64,000 nt of DNA, taken from positions 1 to 64,000 of IMG/VR virus record IMGVR_UViG_3300037258_001195. The stretch is one strand, 5' to 3'. Source of the DNA: a virus. The position numbers and the translations under genes were made by a program. The notes beneath the pieces were generated by a model. It was not told the DNA's origin. It was given only the letters and a program-made list of their open reading frames with translations, and ran no database searches. Shown one piece after another: positions 9,091-17,398 of the stretch; the stretch's first letter is position 1; each line of letters begins with the position of its first letter.

Positions 9091-9683
9091 AGGAGCACCG
9101 ATTGCAGTTTCACCTGACGCAGCGACCAGAGCTGGAACATGAAATTCTCGAACTCCGCCGAGTCATCGGCAAACCGGACGCGAAAGGCATAAGTGAAATC
9201 GGCGCTGACCGCCTCGCCCGCCGGGGGCGGCGTGGCGAAGGTGACAACACCGGTATCGGCGCCGACCGAATACCCGCCCGGGCTTTGCACGACGCCGTTG
9301 ACATACACGTTCCCGACCGCGCTCGGCGCCGTGACCGGCTCGGCAAACCCGCCCATCGTGCGCACGAGCTGAAACGCCGCCACGCTCCCGTCGCCGGTCC
9401 CGAGTGCCTGCCCGGTCACACTATTGTCGCCCGGATCGACAAACAGGAACGACGCGAAAGCCCCCCGCTGATCGAGGAAAAACCCCATCAGCGTCCGCAG
9501 CTCGTCATAGCCGCCGCCGTCGCGCAGCAGCGAATACGTCAGCGTCCACGTCCAGATCGGGTTCGGCTGGTCGAGCGCGCGCAATTCCCGGCCCGACACG
9601 GCGCGCTGGATCCGCGTCGCAAAACGCGGCTGCTTGGTGACGCTCCAGGTAAGGCCGGGCAGCGTCGGAAAAATCGCGGTCAT
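9087..9683 (-). CDS. Distal tail protein DUF2460 (RcGTA g12-like)
   Basis: SGRELR, GTGDGSVAAFQL, TGVVTF, VRFADD. Confidence 0.9.
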   Translation of the reverse strand: MTAIFPTLPGLTWSVTKQPRFATRIQRAVSGRELRALDQPNPIWTWTLTYSLLRDGGGYDELRTLMGFFLDQRGAFASFLFVDPGDNSVTGQALGTGDGSVAAFQLVRTMGGFAEPVTAPSAVGNVYVNGVVQSPGGYSVGADTGVVTFATPPPAGEAVSADFTYAFRVRFADDSAEFENFMFQLWSLRQVKLQSVLL

Positions 9684-9689
9684 CGCGGC

Positions 9690-10919
9690 CTACAGACTGC
9701 GCGGCGTCAGTGCGTTTGCGCGGAACAGGTCGCGCAGCGCGCCGGCATTTTGCTTGAGGTTGTCGCGGAACCAGCGGTTGACCGCCGGCGCGTCGGCCGG
9801 CCCATGAAAATGCGCGTGGAAATGCTGGGCGCCGCCGCCACTCCCGATCATTGCCTGCAACCCCTCGCTGATCGGCGCGGGCAGCACCATCTCGCGCGCA
9901 TGCAGGAGGGCCGGCTGCGCGCCGGCAAAATTGGGCAAGGCCCAGCCGCCCGCTGCGCTCGGCACGATCCCGCCCCCCGCGAACGCGAACAGCCCGCCGA
10001 GCCACGAAAAAAGCCCGCCACCCCCGGCCGCGCTGCCCGCCGCTGCCGCCCCGGCCGCCGAACCGAGCCCGCTTACGGCCGCGCCGCCGCCGCTGACTGC
10101 CGCGGCCCCGGTCAACGCCGTCGTCAAGACGGTGATCGCGGTCGTGCTGGCGGTCAGCGCCGCCGTGTTGGCCGTCATCGACGCGGCCTGCGCCGCGCCG
10201 CCGCCGGCCAAGAGCCCCGTCCCGAGCAGCCCTCCCGGCTGGTTGAGCCCCACCAGCGCCATCAGACCGGCCCCGAGCCCCGATGCCCCGGTCGCCTGAG
10301 CGCCCGACACCGCGCTCGACACCGCCCCGCCGGCAAGGCTCGCGAGCCCCGACGCCGCCCATTTCGCCGCCATGTTCTCCACTTCGGTCAGGAAAGAGCT
10401 CTCGACCTGGCGGGTCAGCTCGATCGAGCCTTTGGCCCAGGTGGTCTGCCCCGTCAGGATCTCGTTGAAGGTCCGCTGCGCCGAGCCGCCGAGCCGGTCG
10501 AACGCAGCCTCGTAAGACCGCTGCACCGCCTGCGCCTGGGTCTTCGCCTGATCGGCGATGCGGCGCTGGTCGTCGGTGACCGCGGCCGTGTACTGCGTAT
10601 CGAGCTGCGCCAAATTGTCCAGCGCCTTGGTCTTCTCCTCGATCGTCGTCGCGTCGCTGGCCATCACCGCCTGCAGCCGCTGCGCCTCCTGGTCGCGGAG
10701 CCGCGCGGTGTATTCGATGTCGAACCCCAGCGCCTGCTGCGTCGTCATCTGCTTCATGTCGACGAGCATCTGCATCTGGTCGCGGAACACGCGCAGCGAC
10801 GAGCTGCCGAACGCCGACACTGCCGGCGCCAGCATCGCCAGCGCATCCCGCAGCTCCGACACCGAGCGGACCGCCGGCATCGCGTCGGCGGTAAATTTGA
10901 TCTGGACCTCGTCGGCCAC
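9690..10919 (-). CDS. Short tail tape measure protein (409 aa)
   Basis: Ala/Gly-rich helical protein after the chaperones; C-terminal FAGGG...LHAREMVLP...NALTPRSL. Confidence 0.88.
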   Translation of the reverse strand: MADEVQIKFTADAMPAVRSVSELRDALAMLAPAVSAFGSSSLRVFRDQMQMLVDMKQMTTQQALGFDIEYTARLRDQEAQRLQAVMASDATTIEEKTKALDNLAQLDTQYTAAVTDDQRRIADQAKTQAQAVQRSYEAAFDRLGGSAQRTFNEILTGQTTWAKGSIELTRQVESSFLTEVENMAAKWAASGLASLAGGAVSSAVSGAQATGASGLGAGLMALVGLNQPGGLLGTGLLAGGGAAQAASMTANTAALTASTTAITVLTTALTGAAAVSGGGAAVSGLGSAAGAAAAGSAAGGGGLFSWLGGLFAFAGGGIVPSAAGGWALPNFAGAQPALLHAREMVLPAPISEGLQAMIGSGGGAQHFHAHFHGPADAPAVNRWFRDNLKQNAGALRDLFRANALTPRSL

Positions 10920-10935
10920 GATTCACCCCCACCCG

Positions 10936-11292
10936 CTATTTGCCCGCCGCCCGCGCCCGATTGGCGGCGCGCAGCGTATCGACATCGAAAATCGGGGCCG
11001 GCATCCCGGCATCCCCCTGGACCACCGCCAGCCCCGGCGGCGGCACAGCGGCGATCTCGGCGAGCCCGTCGCTCGCCCGCGCCGCCGGCCGCTTCTTCCA
11101 GCCGAGCATCGCGGCGATCGTCTGCACCATCAGATGCATCGGCGGGTTGTCGGCCCAATACGCAAAGATCTCCTCGGCCTCGGCCAGGGTCATCGCGTCG
11201 ATCACGCGATAGGGGTACCCGCAGCCGGTCGCGAGGGCGCCGTAGATGCCGGCGAGCTGGGCGCGGCTGTCGCCGCCGGCACCGCTTCCCCC
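10936..11292 (-). CDS. Tail assembly chaperone frameshift extension (GT-like)
   Basis: -1 frame open from the GGGGGAA site; YGALATGCGY...MTL...YW; homologous to 42150-42533. Confidence 0.7.
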   Translation of the reverse strand, partial: GGSGAGGDSRAQLAGIYGALATGCGYPYRVIDAMTLAEAEEIFAYWADNPPMHLMVQTIAAMLGWKKRPAARASDGLAEIAAVPPPGLAVVQGDAGMPAPIFDVDTLRAANRARAAGK

Positions 11293-11579
11293 GACGGGCC
11301 GAGCCCCGCCGCCTTCAGGCCCGCGGCCTGGAGGATCGCCGCGACCGCCGCGTTGACCTCGTCGAGCGAGGTCTCCATCCCCAGCACCGCGTCGAGCGTC
11401 AGCGCCGGATCATCGCGCGACACCCCGGCCTGGATGATCCGCGCCGCCGCCTCGACGAGGTCGCCGCCACCCTTCCCCGGCAACGCCGCGACGACCTCCA
11501 GCACGACCCTGAGCTGCCCCAGGGTCAGCGGGCGGATCGCGAAATCTCGGCCCGCCAGTCTCACCACCGTCCCGGTCAT
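11202..11579 (-). CDS. Tail assembly chaperone (G-like)
   Basis: Between tail tube and tape measure; LAGRDFAIRPLTLGQLR. Confidence 0.8.
   Translation of the reverse strand: MTGTVVRLAGRDFAIRPLTLGQLRVVLEVVAALPGKGGGDLVEAAARIIQAGVSRDDPALTLDAVLGMETSLDEVNAAVAAILQAAGLKAAGLGPSGEAVPAATAAPSSPASTAPSRPAAGTPIA
11286..11292 (-). other. -1 programmed ribosomal frameshift site GGGGGAA
   Basis: TCG GGG GAA near chaperone end; same heptamer at 42527-42533. Confidence 0.75.
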
Positions 11580-12340
11580 TCGTTGGTGCTCAACGTGCCG
11601 ATCGTACCGGCCGCGTCGGCAAACGCGCTGAAGTCGAATTCCTGGATCTCGTAGTCGTCGATCTTGGTCGGCAATGACAGCTTCGTCGCGGTGCACGCAT
11701 TCAGCACCAAGGAGAGGTTCGCCGGCACGCTCTGTGTCGTCTTCGACGTATAGAATGTCGCCTTGAACACCGGCGTGAAGCCCATGAACTGGTTGGACAG
11801 CACCAGCTTCTTGCCGCCCGTCGCGGTATAGAGATAGCTGATCGACACCGCCGCGGCGGCGTCCGCCGCGGCAAAGGTATAGATGCCCGTCGAGAGGTTG
11901 ACCGAATACTGCCCCACCGCCGCCGGCGTCGTCACTCGCGTAAAGCGCAGCCCGGCATTGTTGCCGTTGGCGTAGTAGACGCCAAGGTCGTCGGAATAGG
12001 TCGCGGCGTTGGCGACCGTCACCGTAAACGGCGTCGTTCCCGGAACCACCTGCGCCTCATTCTCCGACACCGTCACCTGTCCCGACGCCGGGGTCTGGCC
12101 AAAAAACAGATCGCCATAGATCGCCCCGAAAATGCGGGCAAACTTGGCCTTGCCGGTGATCTTGCCCTGCCCACGCGCGATATCGAGCGGGAACTGGTAC
12201 TGCCCCCAGAGTTCCTTGGTCTGCCAGTCCCAGTCGATCTCGACATCCTGCAGGATTGCAAACTGGTCGGGGCCGATGCCCGAGCCGGTCGTGTCGGTGC
12301 GGTTGCCCCACAGGGCCCCGGCGCCAAAAGCGAGTTGCAT
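11576..12340 (-). CDS. Major tail tube protein with inserted Ig-like domain
   Basis: Position; closely similar to 42865-43629 (IGPDQFAILQD, FP-x-DIARG-x-GKITGKAK). Confidence 0.85.
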   Translation of the reverse strand: MQLAFGAGALWGNRTDTTGSGIGPDQFAILQDVEIDWDWQTKELWGQYQFPLDIARGQGKITGKAKFARIFGAIYGDLFFGQTPASGQVTVSENEAQVVPGTTPFTVTVANAATYSDDLGVYYANGNNAGLRFTRVTTPAAVGQYSVNLSTGIYTFAAADAAAAVSISYLYTATGGKKLVLSNQFMGFTPVFKATFYTSKTTQSVPANLSLVLNACTATKLSLPTKIDDYEIQEFDFSAFADAAGTIGTLSTNE

Positions 12341-12341
12341 G

Positions 12342-12530
12342 TCAGGTCCCTTCCTTCAAGCGCCGCTTCAGCTCTTCCTTGGCAGCGAATGCGTGGTTCC
12401 AAATTTCGGTCACCCGGGCGACCGGCGATCCCGGGAAATGCTCGTTCCACCAGCCCTCGACGATCGCGTCGAGCGGGTGGGGCGCCGGCCTGACTTCAGG
12501 CCGCGCTGAGGTGTCGTCCATCGTCGGCAC
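12342..12530 (-). CDS. Small conserved hypothetical protein
   Basis: IVEGWW...GS.V...IWNH shared with 43841-44071. Confidence 0.75.
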   Translation of the reverse strand: MPTMDDTSARPEVRPAPHPLDAIVEGWWNEHFPGSPVARVTEIWNHAFAAKEELKRRLKEGT

Positions 12531-12532
12531 TC

Positions 12533-12970
12533 CTATGAAACGCAGAGGATTTCGACAGGCACGATCGCGACCGCCTGGTCGCCGAGCACGCCTTCGTCGG
12601 TCGCGATCTTGCCGGCGAGATAGGCATGCTGAACCATCCCCGGCAGCCCGAGGGTCTGCACCCCCGTCACCGGATCAGGCAGCAGCGCCGCCTCGACCGC
12701 GTCGAGCAGCGGGTTCAACACCGTCGCCGGCGCCAGATACGGGTCGCTCGAATGCACATACACATAGAGGTCGACCGACAGCGTCCACACCGTCGGCGCG
12801 CCCAACGCCTGTACCGACGCGGTCTCCGATCTCTGGCTCAAGAACAGCGCCGGCTGCTCCGCCGGTGCGACATCGCTCCAATGCCGCAGCCGGCGATCCG
12901 CCGTGACGAACCCGCCCGCCCCGGCAGCCAGCGCAAACAGCGCCGCATAGATCGGCTCGCGGCTGATCAT
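12533..12970 (-). CDS. Tail terminator/completion protein
   Basis: RRLRHWSDV...QPA; homolog at 44105-44572; position before tail tube. Confidence 0.75.
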   Translation of the reverse strand: MISREPIYAALFALAAGAGGFVTADRRLRHWSDVAPAEQPALFLSQRSETASVQALGAPTVWTLSVDLYVYVHSSDPYLAPATVLNPLLDAVEAALLPDPVTGVQTLGLPGMVQHAYLAGKIATDEGVLGDQAVAIVPVEILCVS

Positions 12971-13440
12971 GCCGCCACCGCCCGGCTCACCACGGCGGCC
13001 AACGCCGCCCTGATCTCGGGCGCCATCGCCGCCAGTGCCGAGCGCAGGAACGACCGCTCCGGCATCTGCACCGGCGGCAGCTCGACCCGCTTGAAGAACC
13101 GCGCGCGCCCCTGCCACGGAAAGGCCAGCGCACGGGCGCTCTGCGGCAAGACCTCGCGCGCCGGGATCATCCCGCCGTATTCATGGATCGCCGCGTAAGG
13201 CACATCGCTGCCAACCGTTGCCGAGACCGCCGCCCCATCCCGCTGGACCGCCACGTCGATGCTGCCCGCGAGCCGCCCCGACCGCTGCTGCAGTACGCCG
13301 CCGCTCAAATTGCGCTCGACCGCCGCCCGCAGTTCGTCCCCCAGCCGCGCCGCTTCCTCGCCCAGCGCCGCCGCCAGTTTCCCCGGCATCTCCTCGAGCC
13401 GCGCAGCAAGCGCCTCGAGCCCCTCGATCGTCGCGCCCAT
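12967..13440 (-). CDS. HK97 gp10-like neck/tail-completion protein
   Basis: RSGRLAGSI, YAAIHEYGG, MPERSFLRSAL. Confidence 0.82.
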   Translation of the reverse strand: MGATIEGLEALAARLEEMPGKLAAALGEEAARLGDELRAAVERNLSGGVLQQRSGRLAGSIDVAVQRDGAAVSATVGSDVPYAAIHEYGGMIPAREVLPQSARALAFPWQGRARFFKRVELPPVQMPERSFLRSALAAMAPEIRAALAAVVSRAVAA

Positions 13441-14078
13441 TACAGCGCCGCCGCCAAGATCGCCGGGGCCGTCGCGGTCCCGGCGAGCTGCCGCGCAAAC
13501 CCCGACACCGGCACCACCGCCTGATATCGTGACAAGACCGTCTTGATGTCGTCGCTCATGTCCTTCTGCGAATAAGTCACGGTCTCGCCACTCGCCAGCG
13601 CCTTCGACACCTCGCCGGTACGCGTCCGCTCGCGGTAGCGCTGACACACCAACTCGACGCAGGCCTGCGCCAACTCGGGCGGCGGCGCCAGGTACCCGGC
13701 CGTGTAGGTCACCACCACATTCTGCGCCCGCCGCGTGAGCGCGTATCCGCGCACCACCAGCTCGGTCGGCGAGAACACGTAACCTGCGGCAAAACCCCTG
13801 CCCCCGCGCACCGGCGGGATATCGATCCCGTCGATCGTCAATGACAGCACCGCGCAGACCGGGATGTTCGCAAAGGCGAGGCGCTGCCCGCCGGTCCCGT
13901 CCCGCACCTCGACCCAGTCAGCCATCGCGATCGGCCGGCCGAGCCAAGTCTGGATGAACTGGCTCGCCGCCGTCACCAGATTGCCAAGCAGCGTGTCATC
14001 GGTATCCGGAAACGGGTTCTGACCGGTCTGCAACCAGGCTTTGACGGCCCCGAGCGTCGTCAGATCGCCAAACGCCAT
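13440..14078 (-). CDS. Head-tail connector (gp6-like adaptor)
   Basis: DLTTL..VKAWL; NVVVTYTAGY...ELAQAC. Confidence 0.85.
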   Translation of the reverse strand: MAFGDLTTLGAVKAWLQTGQNPFPDTDDTLLGNLVTAASQFIQTWLGRPIAMADWVEVRDGTGGQRLAFANIPVCAVLSLTIDGIDIPPVRGGRGFAAGYVFSPTELVVRGYALTRRAQNVVVTYTAGYLAPPPELAQACVELVCQRYRERTRTGEVSKALASGETVTYSQKDMSDDIKTVLSRYQAVVPVSGFARQLAGTATAPAILAAAL

Positions 14079-14082
14079 CGCC

Positions 14083-14268
14083 TCACCCCGCCGTCTCATC
14101 TACGAGCACGAACCCATGCCCCCGCAAGGCCTCGACCGCCTCGCGCGGCACCCTGAACACGCCGTCCCTGCCGACGGCAAAAACCTCGCCGCCAATCGAG
14201 CAAGCCCGCGCATCGTCATGCCGCATCGCGACGGTCATCGCCGTCGACGCCGAACGCTTTGCTTTCAT
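14083..14268 (-). CDS. Small capsid-associated protein
   Basis: Directly after MCP; CSIGGEVFAVGRDGVFRVP resembles N-terminus of 46147-46611. Confidence 0.6.
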   Translation of the reverse strand: MKAKRSASTAMTVAMRHDDARACSIGGEVFAVGRDGVFRVPREAVEALRGHGFVLVDETAG

Positions 14269-14285
14269 GGAAATCCTTTGAAGGG

Positions 14286-14353
14286 TTCATCACAGAGGCG
14301 ACAGAGACCACCGAGAAACGTTTTCTCTGTGCCCTCTGTGCCTCTGTGGTGAA
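14286..14353. repeat. REP-like imperfect palindrome (CACAGAG-type)
   Basis: TTCATCACAGAGGCGACAGAG...CTCTGTGCCCTCTGTGCCTCTGTGGTGAA inverted repeat built from 9-nt subrepeats. Confidence 0.8.
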
Positions 14354-14362
14354 ACAGCCCGA

Positions 14363-15853
14363 TCAGCCGTTGCCGATATTGGTGATGACACCCATCGCAA
14401 ACGGGGCGTACACCGCCAGCACCTCCTCGGCATAGACGCCGACCTGGCGCTGCCGCGTCACCACCGGCCAGTCGATCTGGTAGTAGTCCTGCCGCGTCTT
14501 GACCTCGGCCACGTTGGGCACTTCGCTCGACTGGTACTGGATCGGCAGGTTCTCGGCCCAGCCGATGATCGTGCCCGGCGGAACGCGCGGGTGGATGCGG
14601 ATCGGGATGCGCAGCCCGCCGTTGAGCGCGAACGGGTTGAAATAGAACGACACCGCCCCAGCCGCGGCCAGATCATAGGCATTCCCATCCGCACTCACCT
14701 CATACCGCAGCAGCGGCGCCGACGCGTTCGACAGCACCTTGTCGGTGATGTTCTTCAGCTCCTGCACGTTGACGTACAGGACGGTCGGGCTCAGCTCGAA
14801 ATTGTTCCACATCGTCTGGAACATCGTGTCGATCTCGACGACCGAGCCACGCCCCGACGCAGTCAGCGGCGTGCCGGTCCCGGCGGTGCCGCTCGCCTGG
14901 GTCGCGATATAGGCGTTGGAGCCTGCCTTGAACGCGCTCGTCAACAGCCCGTCATAGGCATAGCTCGGGTTCGCCGAATTGTCGGCGCTGACCGCCGACT
15001 GCGCCTGCATGCTGCCGGCAAGCGGCGCCGAGAGCGCGGCGCTGTTGATCGTCGTGATCGCCTGCAGCGTCTCCGCCCCGGTCGACGTCCCGACATACCA
15101 CGCATAGGCGACGGCGCCCTGCAGCGCGGTGACGGTACAAAACAAGGTCTGCCCCGACGTCACCGCCTGGCTCGCCTCGGCGCTGATATTCGACGACCCG
15201 CCGGCGAGCGTATAGGAGTGACCGTCCGCCCCCGTGATCGGCTTTGTCGTCGCGACCCCGCCAGAGAGGCTCGAATTCTGGAAGCCTTCGAGCGTCAACC
15301 CCACGACCTTCACATAATAGGTCGTCGCCGGCAGGGTCCCGCCCGACCCCGAGGCCGACAGCACCGGCGTCGCCGGGGTGCCGAGCTGGAGCGACGCGTT
15401 GCCGCCGAGGATCGCCATTTCCTCCTTCAGCATCATCTTTTGCAGGAGCCGAAACGTCATCCGCGACTGGATGTCCTCAAACCCCCGGCCGGCGCTGATC
15501 GCCTCGTAGGTCGCCGCGTCCTCCTCGCCGATCGTCACAAACGTCGCCGATTTGGTCCCGGTCGTATATGACATCTGCGCCGAGCGCTGCCCCTCCGGGA
15601 CCCACCCCATCGCGTCATAGCCCGAGCCCACCAGCGCCGTCACCTGGCGCCAGTTCGTCGCCGTGCCCGTCCCGCCGCCGACCCGCGGAATGACATTTCG
15701 GATCGGTGTGACGAACGGGTACAAATTTTTCGCCGGCGCTTGCAAATCAAACGCGACGAGCCCCGTGCCCGTCGAGATCGTCTTGGCGATCCGGTCGTCG
15801 GGCGAGCGCAGCGCACCCTTGACCAGATCAAGCGTATCTTGTGTCGGATTCAT
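14363..15853 (-). CDS. Major capsid protein with internal FN3/Ig-like insertion
   Basis: Follows protease/scaffold; homologous to 47152-48807 (RQDYYQI.WP, GVYA.EV). Confidence 0.85.
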   Translation of the reverse strand: MNPTQDTLDLVKGALRSPDDRIAKTISTGTGLVAFDLQAPAKNLYPFVTPIRNVIPRVGGGTGTATNWRQVTALVGSGYDAMGWVPEGQRSAQMSYTTGTKSATFVTIGEEDAATYEAISAGRGFEDIQSRMTFRLLQKMMLKEEMAILGGNASLQLGTPATPVLSASGSGGTLPATTYYVKVVGLTLEGFQNSSLSGGVATTKPITGADGHSYTLAGGSSNISAEASQAVTSGQTLFCTVTALQGAVAYAWYVGTSTGAETLQAITTINSAALSAPLAGSMQAQSAVSADNSANPSYAYDGLLTSAFKAGSNAYIATQASGTAGTGTPLTASGRGSVVEIDTMFQTMWNNFELSPTVLYVNVQELKNITDKVLSNASAPLLRYEVSADGNAYDLAAAGAVSFYFNPFALNGGLRIPIRIHPRVPPGTIIGWAENLPIQYQSSEVPNVAEVKTRQDYYQIDWPVVTRQRQVGVYAEEVLAVYAPFAMGVITNIGNG

Positions 15854-15880
15854 CAAAAACTCCCTTTGGGAGGTGGCAAC

Positions 15881-15904
15881 AAAAAACCCGCCGGAAAGGC
15901 GGGT
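15881..15904 (-). terminator. Intrinsic terminator-like hairpin in the MCP leader
   Basis: ACCCGCCTTTCCGGCGGGT followed by a T run on the minus strand. Confidence 0.7.
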
Positions 15905-15974
15905 GATGGGTCTCTGTCATTCATTCGGCTCTGGTCTATGCGACCATGACCGGTTTGACCGTCAGCTATCTCAA

Positions 15975-16004
15975 CCGTCATTCCGGAGAAGGCCGGGATG
16001 ACGG
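15975..16004. repeat. REP-like hairpin
   Basis: CCGTCATTCCGG-AGAAGG-CCGGGATGACGG inverted repeat. Confidence 0.6.
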
Positions 16005-16035
16005 ATCCGGATCACGCAAGGAACCTAACCCCGCA

Positions 16036-17247
16036 CTACCGCATCGCCGGCCGGATCGGGTTCGCATGCGCCGCCTTGATCAGCGCCAGCGTCCGTTCCT
16101 CGTCGCTCATCCGTGACAGCGCCGTGACGACATCGTCGCCGTACCCGCCGCCGTCCCCGCGCTTCGAGATCCCGGCATGCCCGCGCCCAGCGGTCAGCGG
16201 CGGTAAGGGGGTCGCGGCAATGTCCTCGACCCGCTTCGCCAGCGCGTCGAGCCGCGGCACGATCTCACCCGCCAGCGCCTTCATCAGCTCGCCCGGCCGC
16301 ACGCCTTTCGCGCCGTCGTCACGCGCAGGCCCTTCGCCCCCGTCACCGCTCATCCCGCGGAGAAACCCGCACAACCATTCGAGATCTCCGATGATCTGCC
16401 CGATCCGCGTCACCTCGCCGCCGCCGTCCTTGCGCACCCCGGCACCCGCGGCCTTGCCGCCGACGCCATCCCCCGGCGGCCCCGCCGGGTCGATCTTGTC
16501 CTGCCACGCGGCGACGATCCGTGCCTTGATATGCGCGAGCTGCGCCTCGGTATAGCGATCGGTATTGTCGGGCTGGTGTATATAAGCCCAAGCGGCGCGG
16601 ACATGCCCTTCGGTGTTGAGCGGATACCGCTTCTCGCCGTCCGGCCGATACCCGGGATCGGCGAAATCGCCGTCCGCCTCGGCGGCGCCGTCATCGCCTC
16701 CGCCGCGCTTCTCGACGCAGCGCATCGCCTCGGCCTTTATCAGGTGACGATGCGCGGCGACGCCGCAATGCCAGATCTGCACGGGCGGGTTGGCACCCGC
16801 GGCCGCTTCGGCCATGTGTTGTCCTCCTTCGGCTTTCCAGCAATCGAACACCGCCTCGGGGTTGGCCGGGCGGTCGACCAGGCTGATCTCGGTGAGCTTG
16901 AGCCCGGTGATGACGGATCGGTCGGCCGGGTCGCGTTGCGTCACCCGCCCGCCGATCGAGTACCCTTTATAGACGCCGCCCGTCACCTTCTCCCAGGCGC
17001 GCGGGTCGATGATGCGGGCGCCGACATAAAGCCCCTTGTCGTCGACCCCCGCCTCCTCGGCGACACCGACCGCCGACAATTGATGCATCTCGCGGATATT
17101 CGCGAACCGCATGTAATCGTCGAGCGCCGCCGCCAGCGCATCGCGAGTAATCGTCTCGCCCTGGTCATCCTCGGCCGCGGTCGAGGCATAACCCCAAACC
17201 ATATGCTGTGCCGCCTCGACCTTTGCGAGCGGAGCGTAAAAGCGCAT
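16036..17247 (-). CDS. Prohead protease fused to DUF6582-like domain and scaffold
   Basis: NIREMH, YKGYSIGG, EISLVDRPANP protease motifs; FADPGY...KRYPL...HVRAAWAYI domain. Confidence 0.85.
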   Translation of the reverse strand: MRFYAPLAKVEAAQHMVWGYASTAAEDDQGETITRDALAAALDDYMRFANIREMHQLSAVGVAEEAGVDDKGLYVGARIIDPRAWEKVTGGVYKGYSIGGRVTQRDPADRSVITGLKLTEISLVDRPANPEAVFDCWKAEGGQHMAEAAAGANPPVQIWHCGVAAHRHLIKAEAMRCVEKRGGGDDGAAEADGDFADPGYRPDGEKRYPLNTEGHVRAAWAYIHQPDNTDRYTEAQLAHIKARIVAAWQDKIDPAGPPGDGVGGKAAGAGVRKDGGGEVTRIGQIIGDLEWLCGFLRGMSGDGGEGPARDDGAKGVRPGELMKALAGEIVPRLDALAKRVEDIAATPLPPLTAGRGHAGISKRGDGGGYGDDVVTALSRMSDEERTLALIKAAHANPIRPAMR

Positions 17248-17326
17248 TGCGCATCACCGTCTGGTTACAGGTGGGAGTCATTGTCGGTGCGGGCGGAACC
17301 CACTGATCGGCTTGACGGAGCCAGCA

Positions 17327-17366
17327 GCGCCTCGGCAAAGGCCTGGTATTTCGATCCGCCCGGCGC
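17327..17366. repeat. 40-bp direct repeat, copy 2 (orphan fragment of portal gene)
   Basis: 39/40 identical to 18700-18739. Confidence 0.9.
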
Positions 17367-17398
17367 AGGCGCCCCCGCCTGCCGATCCGGCCCCGGGC

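Noticed and set aside
9078-11654. Long plus-strand ORFs (e.g. 858 aa here, also 18239-19516, 21283-22731, 22778-24148)
   Set aside because: Arg/Pro-rich antisense shadows of clear minus-strand genes in high-GC DNA; no motifs.
14286-14353. Short repeated CACAGAG/CTCTGTG units as a CRISPR array
   Set aside because: They form one palindrome with no spacers and no cas genes.
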